A stretch of 64,000 nt of DNA from Myxococcota bacterium (GTDB lineage Bacteria; Myxococcota_A; SURF-8): the NCBI GenBank assembly GCA_965140415.1, contig OZ223209.1, forward strand, positions 3,808,001 through 3,872,000. Reading direction: 5' to 3'. The position numbers and the translations under genes are program-made. Under the pieces are notes generated by a model. The model did no database searches and was not told the DNA's origin. It saw only the letters and a program-made list of their open reading frames with translations. Below are positions 40,201 through 46,619 of this stretch, piece by piece. Each line of letters begins with the position of its first letter. The first letter of the stretch is position 1.

Positions 40201-40884
40201 CACGATTTCCAGGCTCGGCGTACCTTGATAGGTCGTGCGGATCGTCACGTTCACCGTGTTGGCGTCCGGGTCATTGCTGGTGATGATCAACTGGCATTCA
40301 TCCACGCCGGGATCGAGCATGGTGTAGTTTAAAATCAGGTTCTGGGTATTGCCGGGATTGATGACCATGCCACTGGTCAAGTCCGTTACCACGCCCAGTT
40401 CTTCGGTACAGTTGGCGTCGTAAACGGCGGAGAGAATCACCAGCGGCGCTTCACCCAGGTTGCGAATGGGCAGAGCGGCGGTGATAGACTGGTTCAACTG
40501 CGTCATCTCAAAGGTCAGCAGCGCGGGAACATCGATCTGCGGGTACGTATTGGGAGGCCAGTCGTCATCGCCATCGATCACGTTGTCGCCATCGCCATCC
40601 ACCGGCGTATCGCCATCAATGGGCTTGTCGCCATCGATGACAACGTCATCCTGATCGCCAGCCGGTTCCAGATCGAGATCGGTGAGCGTATCGTCATCTC
40701 CATCGACAGGAGGAGTATCGTCGCCGTCATAGGGTGGCCATACAATGCCGTTGTCGCCATCTACCTGGTTCCGATCCTGATCCGCAGGCAGCAAAGGATC
40801 GTCCGATTCGAAGCAACTCGAAATCGTCAGCATGGCAAAAAAGAGCATTCCCAGCAGGGGAAGCAAATGTTTCAAACGTGGCAT
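28255..40884 (-). CDS. Giant (~4200 aa) lipoprotein: DGD linker, ~6 Ig-like (choice-of-anchor D/ASH-like) domains, ~53 Cys-rich MopE-like repeats
   Basis: GGAGG RBS, lipobox ISSC; I.N.G..PL...SNDP domains; 53 counted E.C..D.DC.G..DE units of ~58 aa. Confidence 0.9.
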   Translation of the reverse strand: MPRLKHLLPLLGMLFFAMLTISSCFESDDPLLPADQDRNQVDGDNGIVWPPYDGDDTPPVDGDDDTLTDLDLEPAGDQDDVVIDGDKPIDGDTPVDGDGDNVIDGDDDWPPNTYPQIDVPALLTFEMTQLNQSITAALPIRNLGEAPLVILSAVYDANCTEELGVVTDLTSGMVINPGNTQNLILNYTMLDPGVDECQLIITSNDPDANTVNVTIRTTYQGTPSLEIVPRQLDFGGKDILEPAALSAGIRFTNFTLPGSNAVIQLGPFSLQDGQGPFSFESGFDPSATHMLQPGQEFQVVIVFDPQSLDDFSDRLLFESSSLDAQGTVDILGKGVAAQIELSETELAFGRKILDSSTEKTLIITNHGEADAVLDEVVIAGDTDGEFSYDSNGAIGIPFGNEQSIHLKVSYQPTNVGIDEITLGLRGNFYPQQNIDIICTGEGVNPTWTISTSTLQFDSVPVFTTKTMNLTITNTSTTLLEVLEYNLTGDAEFSIHPDDLAFMPTLGVGNQAIVRVQYTPTERAAKAANLEIVTGDPVVPSLDISLSGQGAAPTLDLARADGETLEDSLYFDTVVIGGQNQIQLLVSNEGEVPLILEPFDFAPDTQTAFSFSPDPFPAVEPMATETLTLIYEPQLPPGVDSVDLTITSNDPLARETQLNLSGVGINPNIQILPFTTYDFGSPNVGVTVGPMEFFISNTGQGALRVSQIEIEMDNGEGTEFFITEVGGSLPYDIDNDTSQTFLSFGVSFLPSEITDYSGRVQIYSNDFDTPVATITLTGRGQDCPENYHDLDDNPADCEYYCEYSNNGVEQCDNEDNDCDGQTDEDYPIDDECDGIGACSIGVFQCHPTNPSLYVCSTDPQGTNYDGSEEICDDMDNDCDGETDEGFDIGQVCDGVGACGAGLIECFDTTSSGCSTDIGGSEYIMYPERCNNLDDDCNGYTDEGFPVNDACEGVGECGGGIYECDPNNDNAILCSTDIGGSEYPNQAELCNGLDDDCDGNTDNGLNLGTPCTPPGECGAGVIECDGEVATRCSTGPGGSEYGGSTEVCDDLDNDCDGQTDETFTLGGTCEGIGACGSGVVECDSNNPSQTICSTDIGGSAYPNFPERCDMQDNDCDGHTDEGYPIAQVCEGVGECGIGNRECDPNNVNATICSTDIGGSNYPNQAEICDGLDNDCDGQTDEDWPIGDACTGSADCPNGRYECAGDTSYRCSTDPGGSDYPSPTEVCDGIDNNCNDEIDEGFDTGAGCDGVGSCGTGVIECDPNDFHATICSTDPNGSNSQAMNEICNQIDDDCDGQTDEDFSVGQSCDGIGECGQGHTECFNYYITGCSTNPGGSDYVPVSEICDELDNDCDGQTDEGFNVGQPCSGVGACGEGLRECDPNNGYRSICSTDIGGSEYDGSYELCDNIDNDCDGQKDEDYSIGVNCEGVGECGQGVYECNGPNTARCSTDIGGSFYDGSQETCNNLDDDCDGYTDEDFNVGVNCDGIGECGYGLIECLTEDSTACSTNPDGSEYDGSDELCDDRDNDCDGSTDEDFELGQTCPGVGECPDGVWQCDGPTDRMCSTSYGGDHWAGSEEICNNLDDDCDGLTDEDFHIGELCDGPGPCGMGVYVCQTDTTYICSSALPGHPDYEGSPETCDNQDNDCDGLTDEDFSIGVVCDGTGECGLGTYECNSQAPGGVVCSTDPLGSQRQDVQETCDELDNDCDGYSDEDFLIGETCEGVGECGLGLYECADINSARCSVDIGGSEYAGNDELCDELDNDCDGMTDEDYDLGAQCDGIGECGLGVYECATDGGLLCSTDIGGSEYPDPAPEELCNGLDDDCNGHVDDGLNLGVECTGTGECSSETGVYQCGTNQQVVCSVNYGGSDWAGQSEKCDDKDNDCDSQTDEDFQIGQLCDGVGECGQGVWECKFDSIYARACSTDPFQSEDQQAQEICDGLDNDCDGTPDDDFGPLGYTCTASGECGTGTYVCLDENTIICSAEWPEHPDFGGADESCNHLDDDCDGQTDEDWNINSGCFGTGDCSSAFGSWWCNGTSDRICSVNLPYIYDDCDIWTNPGQCRACDPAEPGCVANPAYPSSAGEEICDNQDNDCDGETDEDFTTLGDTCDAGGACGNGFLECNQNLDLSNSACSNESDPNYRYYCEQVICSKEEGGTQYGNNEEVCNGIDDDCNGETDSEFGVGNSCTGVGECGQGLIECSSLYTTRCSVDIGGSAYAGTDEICDELDNDCDGQTDEGFSLGLSCNGVGECGAGTRECDPNDSSRAICSTDIGGSQDASTEEICDELDNDCDGLTDEDLGIGDPCTSVGECGSGVYECDGSGGIRCSVDFGGTDWNPSLVETCNYLDDDCDGQVDEGFGIYDGSGERIVCQGSGGCGAGYMECYTSSQSGCSTDPGGSQYDPSEELCNYLDDDCDTEIDEDWPELGQSCDGVGACGIGVYECDSSLLSAICSTDINGSEYSYQPELCDHLDNDCDGLTDEDFLTGEACDGEGECGAGVIQCDPSNPSGMMCSTDIGGDDYVAVVESCDGLDNDCDGLTDEGFPLGDTCDGVGACRIGFYECAADGGYQCSTDPGGSQYDGIPELCNHKDDDCDGLTDEGFATGAVCFAPGECRHVEGLTECGDDFSLVCSTGPGGSSYLGTSELCDDLDNDCDNSTDEDFSIGDSCDPTGECGIGMYECATSTSSRCSTGPGGSASQVRSESCNGKDDDCDGQTDEGMGVGQICIGVGACGSGRIECSPVGDLVCSSNPGASEDRSEAERCDDLDNDCDGETDEDFQVGQACTGVGECGAGMWECASPSSARCSTSYGGSDYQPNPELCDNLDNDCDGQTDEDFNIGQVCNGTGECGTGQYECINIYTAICSSNPGGTDYQFVAELCNALDDNCDGQTDENLGVGEACQGEGICGAGLWECTPSGEVVCSTEAGGSQDQSGTEICDGQDNDCDGSADEGYPIGQSCQGNGDCGEGVYECDDNGGYRCSTDLGGSDHTGGEEVCDHRDNDCDGLTDEDFALGVVCDGVGACGAGVTECRYGYAQTICSTDINGSEYEGQNETCDGQDNDCDGQTDEDFMRGEDCEGIGECGAGVYECASLYTYRCSTDVGGSNYQGTSEICDSLDNDCDGSTDEGYQIGNSCMGDGQCGMGQYECETTNSVRCSTDIGGSQYGGQPELCNSFDDDCDGLTDEGIGLYDPETGNPIACDGVGECGSGYMQCKNEYEVICNRDPGGDFYDGGPEGCDGLDNDCDGVTDEGYGLGAPCQGQGACGEGVVECDPNHVYQTICSTDLGGSQFAGSDEICDNQDNDCDGFTDESWPTLGQECVGSGTCSNLNGVIECHGDNDVICSTDFGGSQYEPSAELCDGKDNNCDGQTDETFDLGGPCDGVGECGVGTLECNDTGGTRCSTDLGGSEYPGWPTIQEICDGLDNDCDGYTDEFFDIGETCFPDGACSAGVIECADDYETRCSTAPGGSQFGGTTELCDNVDNDCDGQTDEGFFIGQSCDGVGQCGQGVIECDTPTTTRCSTDLNGSDPQDSPELCDGLDNDCDGQYDEDFATGESCLGVGECGNEPGFYECAGPNSVVCSTMPGGSYSLANVELCDTLDNDCDGQTDEVFNLGASCQPSDNCDVGVIECDTENELASICSTAPGGSEYSGEEEYCDSLDNDCDGQVDEDYSLFTPSLGEPWPYCSGADCGGRVGTPCQGTGACGEGVWECADDGIHTRCSTLSYNDGRGVGSQYNPVAELCDNIDNDCDGETDEGFNLGQSCTGIGQCASQPGVWQCQGTDSTICSTMPGGSNSLASAELCDNADNDCDGQTDETFYLGQSCEGIGECGQGQRECASLYHAICSTDLGGSVYDGSGELCDGLDNDCDGQTDENWSLLGSACSGGECGTGEWICNEQQDGLTCTAWGGAQTEVCDNLDNDCDGQTDEGFGLGTGCIGVGQCGAGLRECDPGDSSATICSTDLNGSDYRGQPESCDLLDNDCDGQTDEDFREGGTGDYNHPDHCGACDNRCEFAHAYAVCVNSECEFSTCESGYANMNGDQNDGCECELESIPADTCGEAQYFPNNPLDDRQGGTIGSVEGQLATLESVAWYRFDAEDLTDATCDLFDVKVFFTFNPDNAFRFDVYKGGCQGTQRVCENWYDFRDYTNFSDEEFTVDSAGECPCRPAELEPQEGTSETIPHWPFRYCLDDSASYWVMVKYRDDIAQPICDSYTLTASNAR

Positions 40885-41176
40885 GGTCGAATCCTCCAGT
40901 CGGCCTGTCGGCGCAAAGCGGCCCGGAAAAGGAACGTGAGATCGTTGCATCATTTGTCGGTTCTCATCTGTAGGGTCGTTTTCGCTTGGCGCTCATAAAC
41001 CATGTATTAAACGTGACACCTGCCCAAGCGAGTCCCTATCGAAGCGAACGGGTTTTCTAGTGTCTTAAAATCCTATTGTGATTGTAAAGGTTTAGGGGAA
41101 AGGTGTCAAGGTAGCCGGAGAGAGAAAAATCTCGGTTTACAGGCACGTCAGAAATCTCGGATGTGGGTTAACAAAA

Positions 41177-41208
41177 CAAGGGAGACAGCCAATGCCATCT
41201 CCCTTGTG
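41177..41208 (-). terminator. Probable terminator
   Basis: ACAAGGGAGA...TCTCCCTTGT stem downstream of the stop at 41235. Confidence 0.6.
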
Positions 41209-41234
41209 TGCCTTAACGTAACCGTATGATAATA

Positions 41235-44200
41235 CTAGTATAGATCCTGCACACAGCGGAACCCGACGTTGGTGAAGCGGTTTTCGGGGAAATTCCAGCC
41301 CAGGTTGCTTACGCGCAATTCCGGCGATTCTTCGAACCAGCTACCGCCCCGCATCAGGCGATACTCGCAACCGGCGCTGGTGGGGGCGCAGTCGCTCACC
41401 CATTCCCAAACGTTGCCCAGCATGTCGTAGAGTCCCCAGAGATTCGAATCCAGTTGCGCGACCGGATGCGTACGGTGGCGGTCGTAGCCGGTATTTGAGT
41501 TGGCATCGTACCAGGCGATATCCGCCAGGCAGCTTTCGTTGGGGCCGCAGATATAGCGCGAGAGCGTCGTCGCCCGTGCGGCATATTCCCATTCCGCGCT
41601 TGAGGGCAGGCGTGCGTCGACTTGAGCACAGAAGTCGTTTGCTTCCTGCCAGGTAACCTGCTCCACCGGGCAGGTGGGGCAATTCGAGAAATAGCTGGGA
41701 TTGAATCCCATGACCGCTTCAAATTGCGCTTGCGTGATTTCCGTTGGCGTGACGAAGAAATCCTGATTGAAGGTGGTTGTGCCGCCGGTTTCGTATTCGG
41801 TGCATAGGTCATCATCCTGCGAGCAACCCATATCGAAGGAACCTGCACAGACATAAGCAAAATGCACGTCGGTTTCATCTTCATCACCATCGACTACAGG
41901 CTCGTCGCCATCAACGACCGGCTCATCACCATCGACAACAGGCTCATCACCATCAACGACCGGCTCGTCACCATCGACGACGGGTTCATCGCCATCGACC
42001 ACAGGTTCATCGCCATCCACGACAGGCTCATCGCCATCGACAACAGGCTCATCACCATCAACGACCGGCTCGTCACCATCGACGACGGGTTCATCACCAT
42101 CGACCAAAGGCTCGTCACCATCAACCACCGGCTCATCGCCATCCACGATGGGCTCGTCACCATCGACAACAGGCTCGTCACCATCGACAACAGGCTCATC
42201 GCCATCGACAACAGGCTCATCGCCATCGACGACCGGCTCATCACCATCGACTACAGGCTCATCACCATCGACCACCGGCTCGTCACCATCTACCACCGGC
42301 TCGTCACCATCGACCACTGGCTCGTCGCCATCTACTACAGGGTCATCACCATCGACGACCGGCTCATCACCATCGACGACCGGCTCATCACCATCGACGA
42401 CCGGCTCGTCACCATCGACGACAGGTTCATCACCATCGACGACTGGTTCATCGCCGTCGACAACTGGCTCGTCGCCGTCTACAGCGGGTTCATCACCGTC
42501 TACAATTTCTACATCGCGGGCACAGCGAATTCCAACGCCGAAATCGTAAAGCTCTCCCACGCTGCCTGCCGCTCGGGCGCTGGCGCGCATGGTTTGCGTC
42601 GAGCAGATCCAGCAACCACCGCGCAGCACACGCAGGGAGCAGTTGCCACCCTCCCAGACCGAGCCGTCTGTTGGCGCGTCTGTATAGTTGGGATGCGAGC
42701 AATCCGCCACCCACTCCCAGACATTGCCCAGCATTTCGTGCAAACCGAAATTATTGGCTTGTTTTTCACCCACTTCGTGTGCGGGGCCGGAAAGCCAGGC
42801 GATCTCGTCCAGGCAACTCAGTGTTTCGCCGCAGTAGTATTTCGTGCTGACACCTCCCCGCGCAGCGTATTCCCATTCCGCTTCGCTGGGCAGACGACCA
42901 CCAACCGCCTCGCAAAAATCTTCCGCGTTTTCGAAACTGATGTTTTCGACCGGGCAATCCGGGCAATCCTCGCTCAGCGTTGGATCGAAGCCCATGACTC
43001 TAACGAATTGATCGCGCGTGATTTCCGTGCGCGTCATTTCAAAAGCGGGCACCGAAACTTCGTGGCGCGGCTCTTCCGTTCCGGCTTCATAGCATTGCGT
43101 ATCGCCTACGGAACAGCCCATCTGGAATGTACCGGAAGGAATCGGCATCCAGATCAAATCCGGGTCATCCGGTTCCACATCGCCGTCTACGTCGCCATCG
43201 ATATCGCCATCCACGCCATCGCAGACACCATCTTCGTCGGTGCGCCCATCGCAATTGTTGTCGTGCCCATCGCAGATTTCAACCGCTCCGGGATGACTCT
43301 CCGCGCGGGTGTCGTCGCAGTCAACGTAGCCGGGGCAATCGCCGAAACCGTCGTCATCCAGATCGTTGCGGTCATAGGTGATGCCGTCGCAGTCCCAATC
43401 CTGATCGTCGCATTGCTCCGCTGTGGGCATCGTACCGCCAATGCAAGCCACGCGCACCGCACAACTGACTACCGACTGATCGCAGGCATAGACTCCACTC
43501 TGCTGCAAACAGCGACCAAAAGGCTTCTGGTAGCATTCCTGGCTCTGCTCCACTTTCCAGTAATCAGGAAGCATTTCACAGAGATAGGTTACGGAGTGTT
43601 CATCCTGTTCACCATCGCAGTCGGTGTCCAGCCCATCGGCGCAACCCGGATCGCTGAACGAGCCGCCTCCGCAATGCTCGTTTTCAACGGCGCATTCGTT
43701 TTCTTCATAATTTTCCGGAAAATCGCAGATCCAGTTTCCTTCTACACAGCGATTGACCGCGCCGCCATTGGCGCAAATGCCGAGTGTAGGGCATAGCGCC
43801 TCGGCTGGGATATCGGAAAAAGCGATATCTTCATCGGTCTGGCCGTCGCAGTCGTTATCCAGCAGATCGCAGGTTTCCTCGCTTGGAACGACTTGGCCTA
43901 GGCATCCGCTCCACTGACCGGCGGAGCAGATGCTCACGCCCTGCTTGCAAGCACCTTCATCGGAGCCGCAAGAAACTTGCAGGTCTTCATCGGTCTGGCC
44001 ATCGCAGTCGTTGTCTTTGTTGTCGCATAGTTCAGGTGCGGGGCCGATCAGATCGCCGACACAGTCGCTCCAGCGGCCATTCTCGCAGCTTTGCACGCCA
44101 GCCTGACATTCTCCCACATCCGTGCCGCCGCAGGCTCGCTCTTCGCCCAGCGCACAGTCGAAACCTTCATCGATGCGGCCATCGCAGTTATCGTCGCGGC

Positions 44201-45812
44201 CATTAAAGACTTCCTCGACCGATACGCAGGATTGTTCCTGGCAGACGCCGCAGGAGCAGTCGCTGTCGCTTTCGCAGGTACGGGCCACAACGTCGGGAAT
44301 GACCATGCCGCCGTATCCATAATACTGGATAAAGTCGTAGGTGAATTTTCCATAGCCGCCATCACCCCAGTATTCACTCCAGGAGTTCAGGAAGGTGAAT
44401 TCGCGCGTGCCGCGATCGTAACCGACGATGAGAATGGCGTGACCACCCTGGAAAGCAGCGCCGTTAGTGGGAACGTCGATGAGTATGGGTTTGCCCCATT
44501 TGTACCAGGTACTGCCGTATACCGGAACGCCGTAAATCACGTTATGTCCCGATGCCAGCGCTTTCTCGATGGCATACGTATTGTAGGCGTAGACAGAATA
44601 AGGAGACAAGCCGCGAACCAGTCCATCCGTGTCGGCATTCATGGAACTTGGAGCTTCCACCAGCCAGCCATAGCAGGAATTGTTGCCGCCATAGCCGTTG
44701 CAATCGTAGGTCCAGATATCATCCGGAACGACCGACATCGAGCCGGTTATCGCCGATACCACGCGAGGAATGCTGGTACCATTCGTACACGAAAGCGATA
44801 GTCCCGCCATTTTCCAAACGTGCGACTGCGACAAGTCGGTATTTACGACGGATCGCGAGGCGATGCTGCTTTCCAATGAATGCGTGCTTGCAAAGGCGAC
44901 GCAAGTACCGCATTGGCCCTGATCGTCGATCTGGCTCAGATAATCATTTAGATATTCGCTGCGATGATCGACTTTGTCCGGCAGTTCGCCATTATCCGAA
45001 ATCGCGGAAGCCAGATTCGGGAAGTAATATTCATTCATATTCCCCATAGGATTGCCTTGCGGCAGGCAAACTTCGACGTCATTCCCGATGTCGCGCATTT
45101 CGCAGCCGCCCGGATCTTGGATTGGAAGGCAATGCAAATTGAGATCGAACATATTTTGTGGGCAATTACAGGCAATTCGCTCTTCTCCAAGGCCGTCGGT
45201 TTCAACGACGCATTGCCCGCCGCTTCCGCAATCGACGCCTTCACAAGGACTTTGTAAATCGTTGGGAATACAGCTTAAACCTTCTTCGTGATAGCCCGGC
45301 AAGCAAAGGCAGCGCGGCTGCATATCGATGGCGATACAACGCCCGCTACCGGAGCAATAAATGCCGTCGCAGAGTTGGTCGCGAGGATCCCTTTCCGGAG
45401 TGATATCAACAGGTTCGTCTCCATCAACGATAGGCGTTTCGAAGTCGTCACCATCGATTATCGGCTCGTCGCCATCGATTGGAACGACCTCGTCGCCATC
45501 CGGGGAAAAGTCGTCATCGCCGTCCGGATTAGGCAGATCGCCGGGGTCCATCTGGCCGGGATCTTCGATGCAGGATTCGCTTAAATCGTCCCAAAGTTGC
45601 CCGGATGGACAATCGCCCGGATCGGGGATTTCAGGGCCATTGGATGCATCGTCGTTGGAGCCGCCACAACCTTGTAATATCAATAACATAAAGGCTGCAA
45701 AGGCCAGCGCCCACAGCGCAGCGAAATTCACAACGCCCCTGTTTTCGATGACGATGCAGGCACTTGGCTGTTGCTGCTTTTTCGATGCGGAATTGATTGT
45801 GAAACCGTGCAT
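41235..45812 (-). CDS. Multidomain lipoprotein: EGF-like, papain-family (C1) peptidase, MopE-like repeats, two FGE-sulfatase (SUMF1) domains
   Basis: LQGC lipobox; DQGQCGTCVAFA, GGHAILIVGYD, NSW; two RLPS.AEWEYAAR...MLGNVWEW...RGG.W...G.RC domains. Confidence 0.9.
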   Translation of the reverse strand: MHGFTINSASKKQQQPSACIVIENRGVVNFAALWALAFAAFMLLILQGCGGSNDDASNGPEIPDPGDCPSGQLWDDLSESCIEDPGQMDPGDLPNPDGDDDFSPDGDEVVPIDGDEPIIDGDDFETPIVDGDEPVDITPERDPRDQLCDGIYCSGSGRCIAIDMQPRCLCLPGYHEEGLSCIPNDLQSPCEGVDCGSGGQCVVETDGLGEERIACNCPQNMFDLNLHCLPIQDPGGCEMRDIGNDVEVCLPQGNPMGNMNEYYFPNLASAISDNGELPDKVDHRSEYLNDYLSQIDDQGQCGTCVAFASTHSLESSIASRSVVNTDLSQSHVWKMAGLSLSCTNGTSIPRVVSAITGSMSVVPDDIWTYDCNGYGGNNSCYGWLVEAPSSMNADTDGLVRGLSPYSVYAYNTYAIEKALASGHNVIYGVPVYGSTWYKWGKPILIDVPTNGAAFQGGHAILIVGYDRGTREFTFLNSWSEYWGDGGYGKFTYDFIQYYGYGGMVIPDVVARTCESDSDCSCGVCQEQSCVSVEEVFNGRDDNCDGRIDEGFDCALGEERACGGTDVGECQAGVQSCENGRWSDCVGDLIGPAPELCDNKDNDCDGQTDEDLQVSCGSDEGACKQGVSICSAGQWSGCLGQVVPSEETCDLLDNDCDGQTDEDIAFSDIPAEALCPTLGICANGGAVNRCVEGNWICDFPENYEENECAVENEHCGGGSFSDPGCADGLDTDCDGEQDEHSVTYLCEMLPDYWKVEQSQECYQKPFGRCLQQSGVYACDQSVVSCAVRVACIGGTMPTAEQCDDQDWDCDGITYDRNDLDDDGFGDCPGYVDCDDTRAESHPGAVEICDGHDNNCDGRTDEDGVCDGVDGDIDGDVDGDVEPDDPDLIWMPIPSGTFQMGCSVGDTQCYEAGTEEPRHEVSVPAFEMTRTEITRDQFVRVMGFDPTLSEDCPDCPVENISFENAEDFCEAVGGRLPSEAEWEYAARGGVSTKYYCGETLSCLDEIAWLSGPAHEVGEKQANNFGLHEMLGNVWEWVADCSHPNYTDAPTDGSVWEGGNCSLRVLRGGCWICSTQTMRASARAAGSVGELYDFGVGIRCARDVEIVDGDEPAVDGDEPVVDGDEPVVDGDEPVVDGDEPVVDGDEPVVDGDEPVVDGDDPVVDGDEPVVDGDEPVVDGDEPVVDGDEPVVDGDEPVVDGDEPVVDGDEPVVDGDEPVVDGDEPIVDGDEPVVDGDEPLVDGDEPVVDGDEPVVDGDEPVVDGDEPVVDGDEPVVDGDEPVVDGDEPVVDGDEPVVDGDEPVVDGDEPVVDGDEDETDVHFAYVCAGSFDMGCSQDDDLCTEYETGGTTTFNQDFFVTPTEITQAQFEAVMGFNPSYFSNCPTCPVEQVTWQEANDFCAQVDARLPSSAEWEYAARATTLSRYICGPNESCLADIAWYDANSNTGYDRHRTHPVAQLDSNLWGLYDMLGNVWEWVSDCAPTSAGCEYRLMRGGSWFEESPELRVSNLGWNFPENRFTNVGFRCVQDLY
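41880..42503 (-). repeat. Coding 21-bp tandem repeat, 30 units of VDGDEPV
   Basis: 609 bp between equivalent positions of first and last unit = 29 x 21. Confidence 0.95.
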
Positions 45813-46405
45813 CCTGGTCTCCCCTTGAAATCCTGGTTTCTGTCAGCCTTCGATCCGAGTGAATCGAAAGAGCGAGACGTACAGGCTCGGGACACGAATC
45901 CCGACCTTTTTACTATATCGGCACAACTCCTCCATTGCAAGAGGAAAGTTAATATTATTTACATTTTGTTATTCCATGCTGTAACTATTTTTTCTTTTCT
46001 TCCACGTTCTGTGTCCTATTTATTATTTCTTCTTGATTGTTTTTCGTGGCATCTTGGCATTTATACATAACGGCAATTACACCAAAACACACCACAAACG
46101 AGCACTAAAAAACCCCTAAATGACCGAAGATCGACAGTGCTTCCTGGTGCAGCATGAAACAGCGCACCGCAGCAAGGGGAAGCATCTAGCTGCATCGGGC
46201 AACATGCGTGAGTGGACCACTGGTAATTTACGGTCTTTTAGCGGTTATGTACTGTTCGTTTAGCGGTCGTCTAGCGTCCAATATAGCCGTTTGCCGCCGG
46301 CTTCGGCGCTATGGAGATGATTTTATGAGATTGCGATCTGCTTTTTTAACGATCTTCTCTCGCTAATCGTGAGCAGACCAAGTGAGATACTTGCAAGATT
46401 TTCGT

Positions 46406-46543
46406 GTAGTCGGATTCTGTGAATCCGACATTTCTGAATCAATGTCGGGCAAGACATTTGCCCGACCTACTATATATACTAATAATTCATAAATAGTACA
46501 TGTTTGAAAATTCAATTTCGGACAAGAATTTTGTCCGACATAC
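46406..46543. repeat. Cluster of GTAG-type REP-like palindromes
   Basis: GTAGTCGGATTCtgtGAATCCGAC; TGTCGGGCAAgacatTTGCCCGACCTAC; TCGGACAAgaattTTGTCCGACATAC. Confidence 0.7.
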
Positions 46544-46619
46544 ATATGATACAATAGCTACAATACTACACCACTACTAACATTCTCAATTCCTGTGATC
46601 GACAGACGCTGCTTCCTCA

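Noticed and set aside
29000-45600. Long opposite-strand and alternate-frame ORFs (e.g. 30277-32436, 41862-43796)
   Set aside because: Shadows of repetitive GC-rich coding sequence on the minus strand
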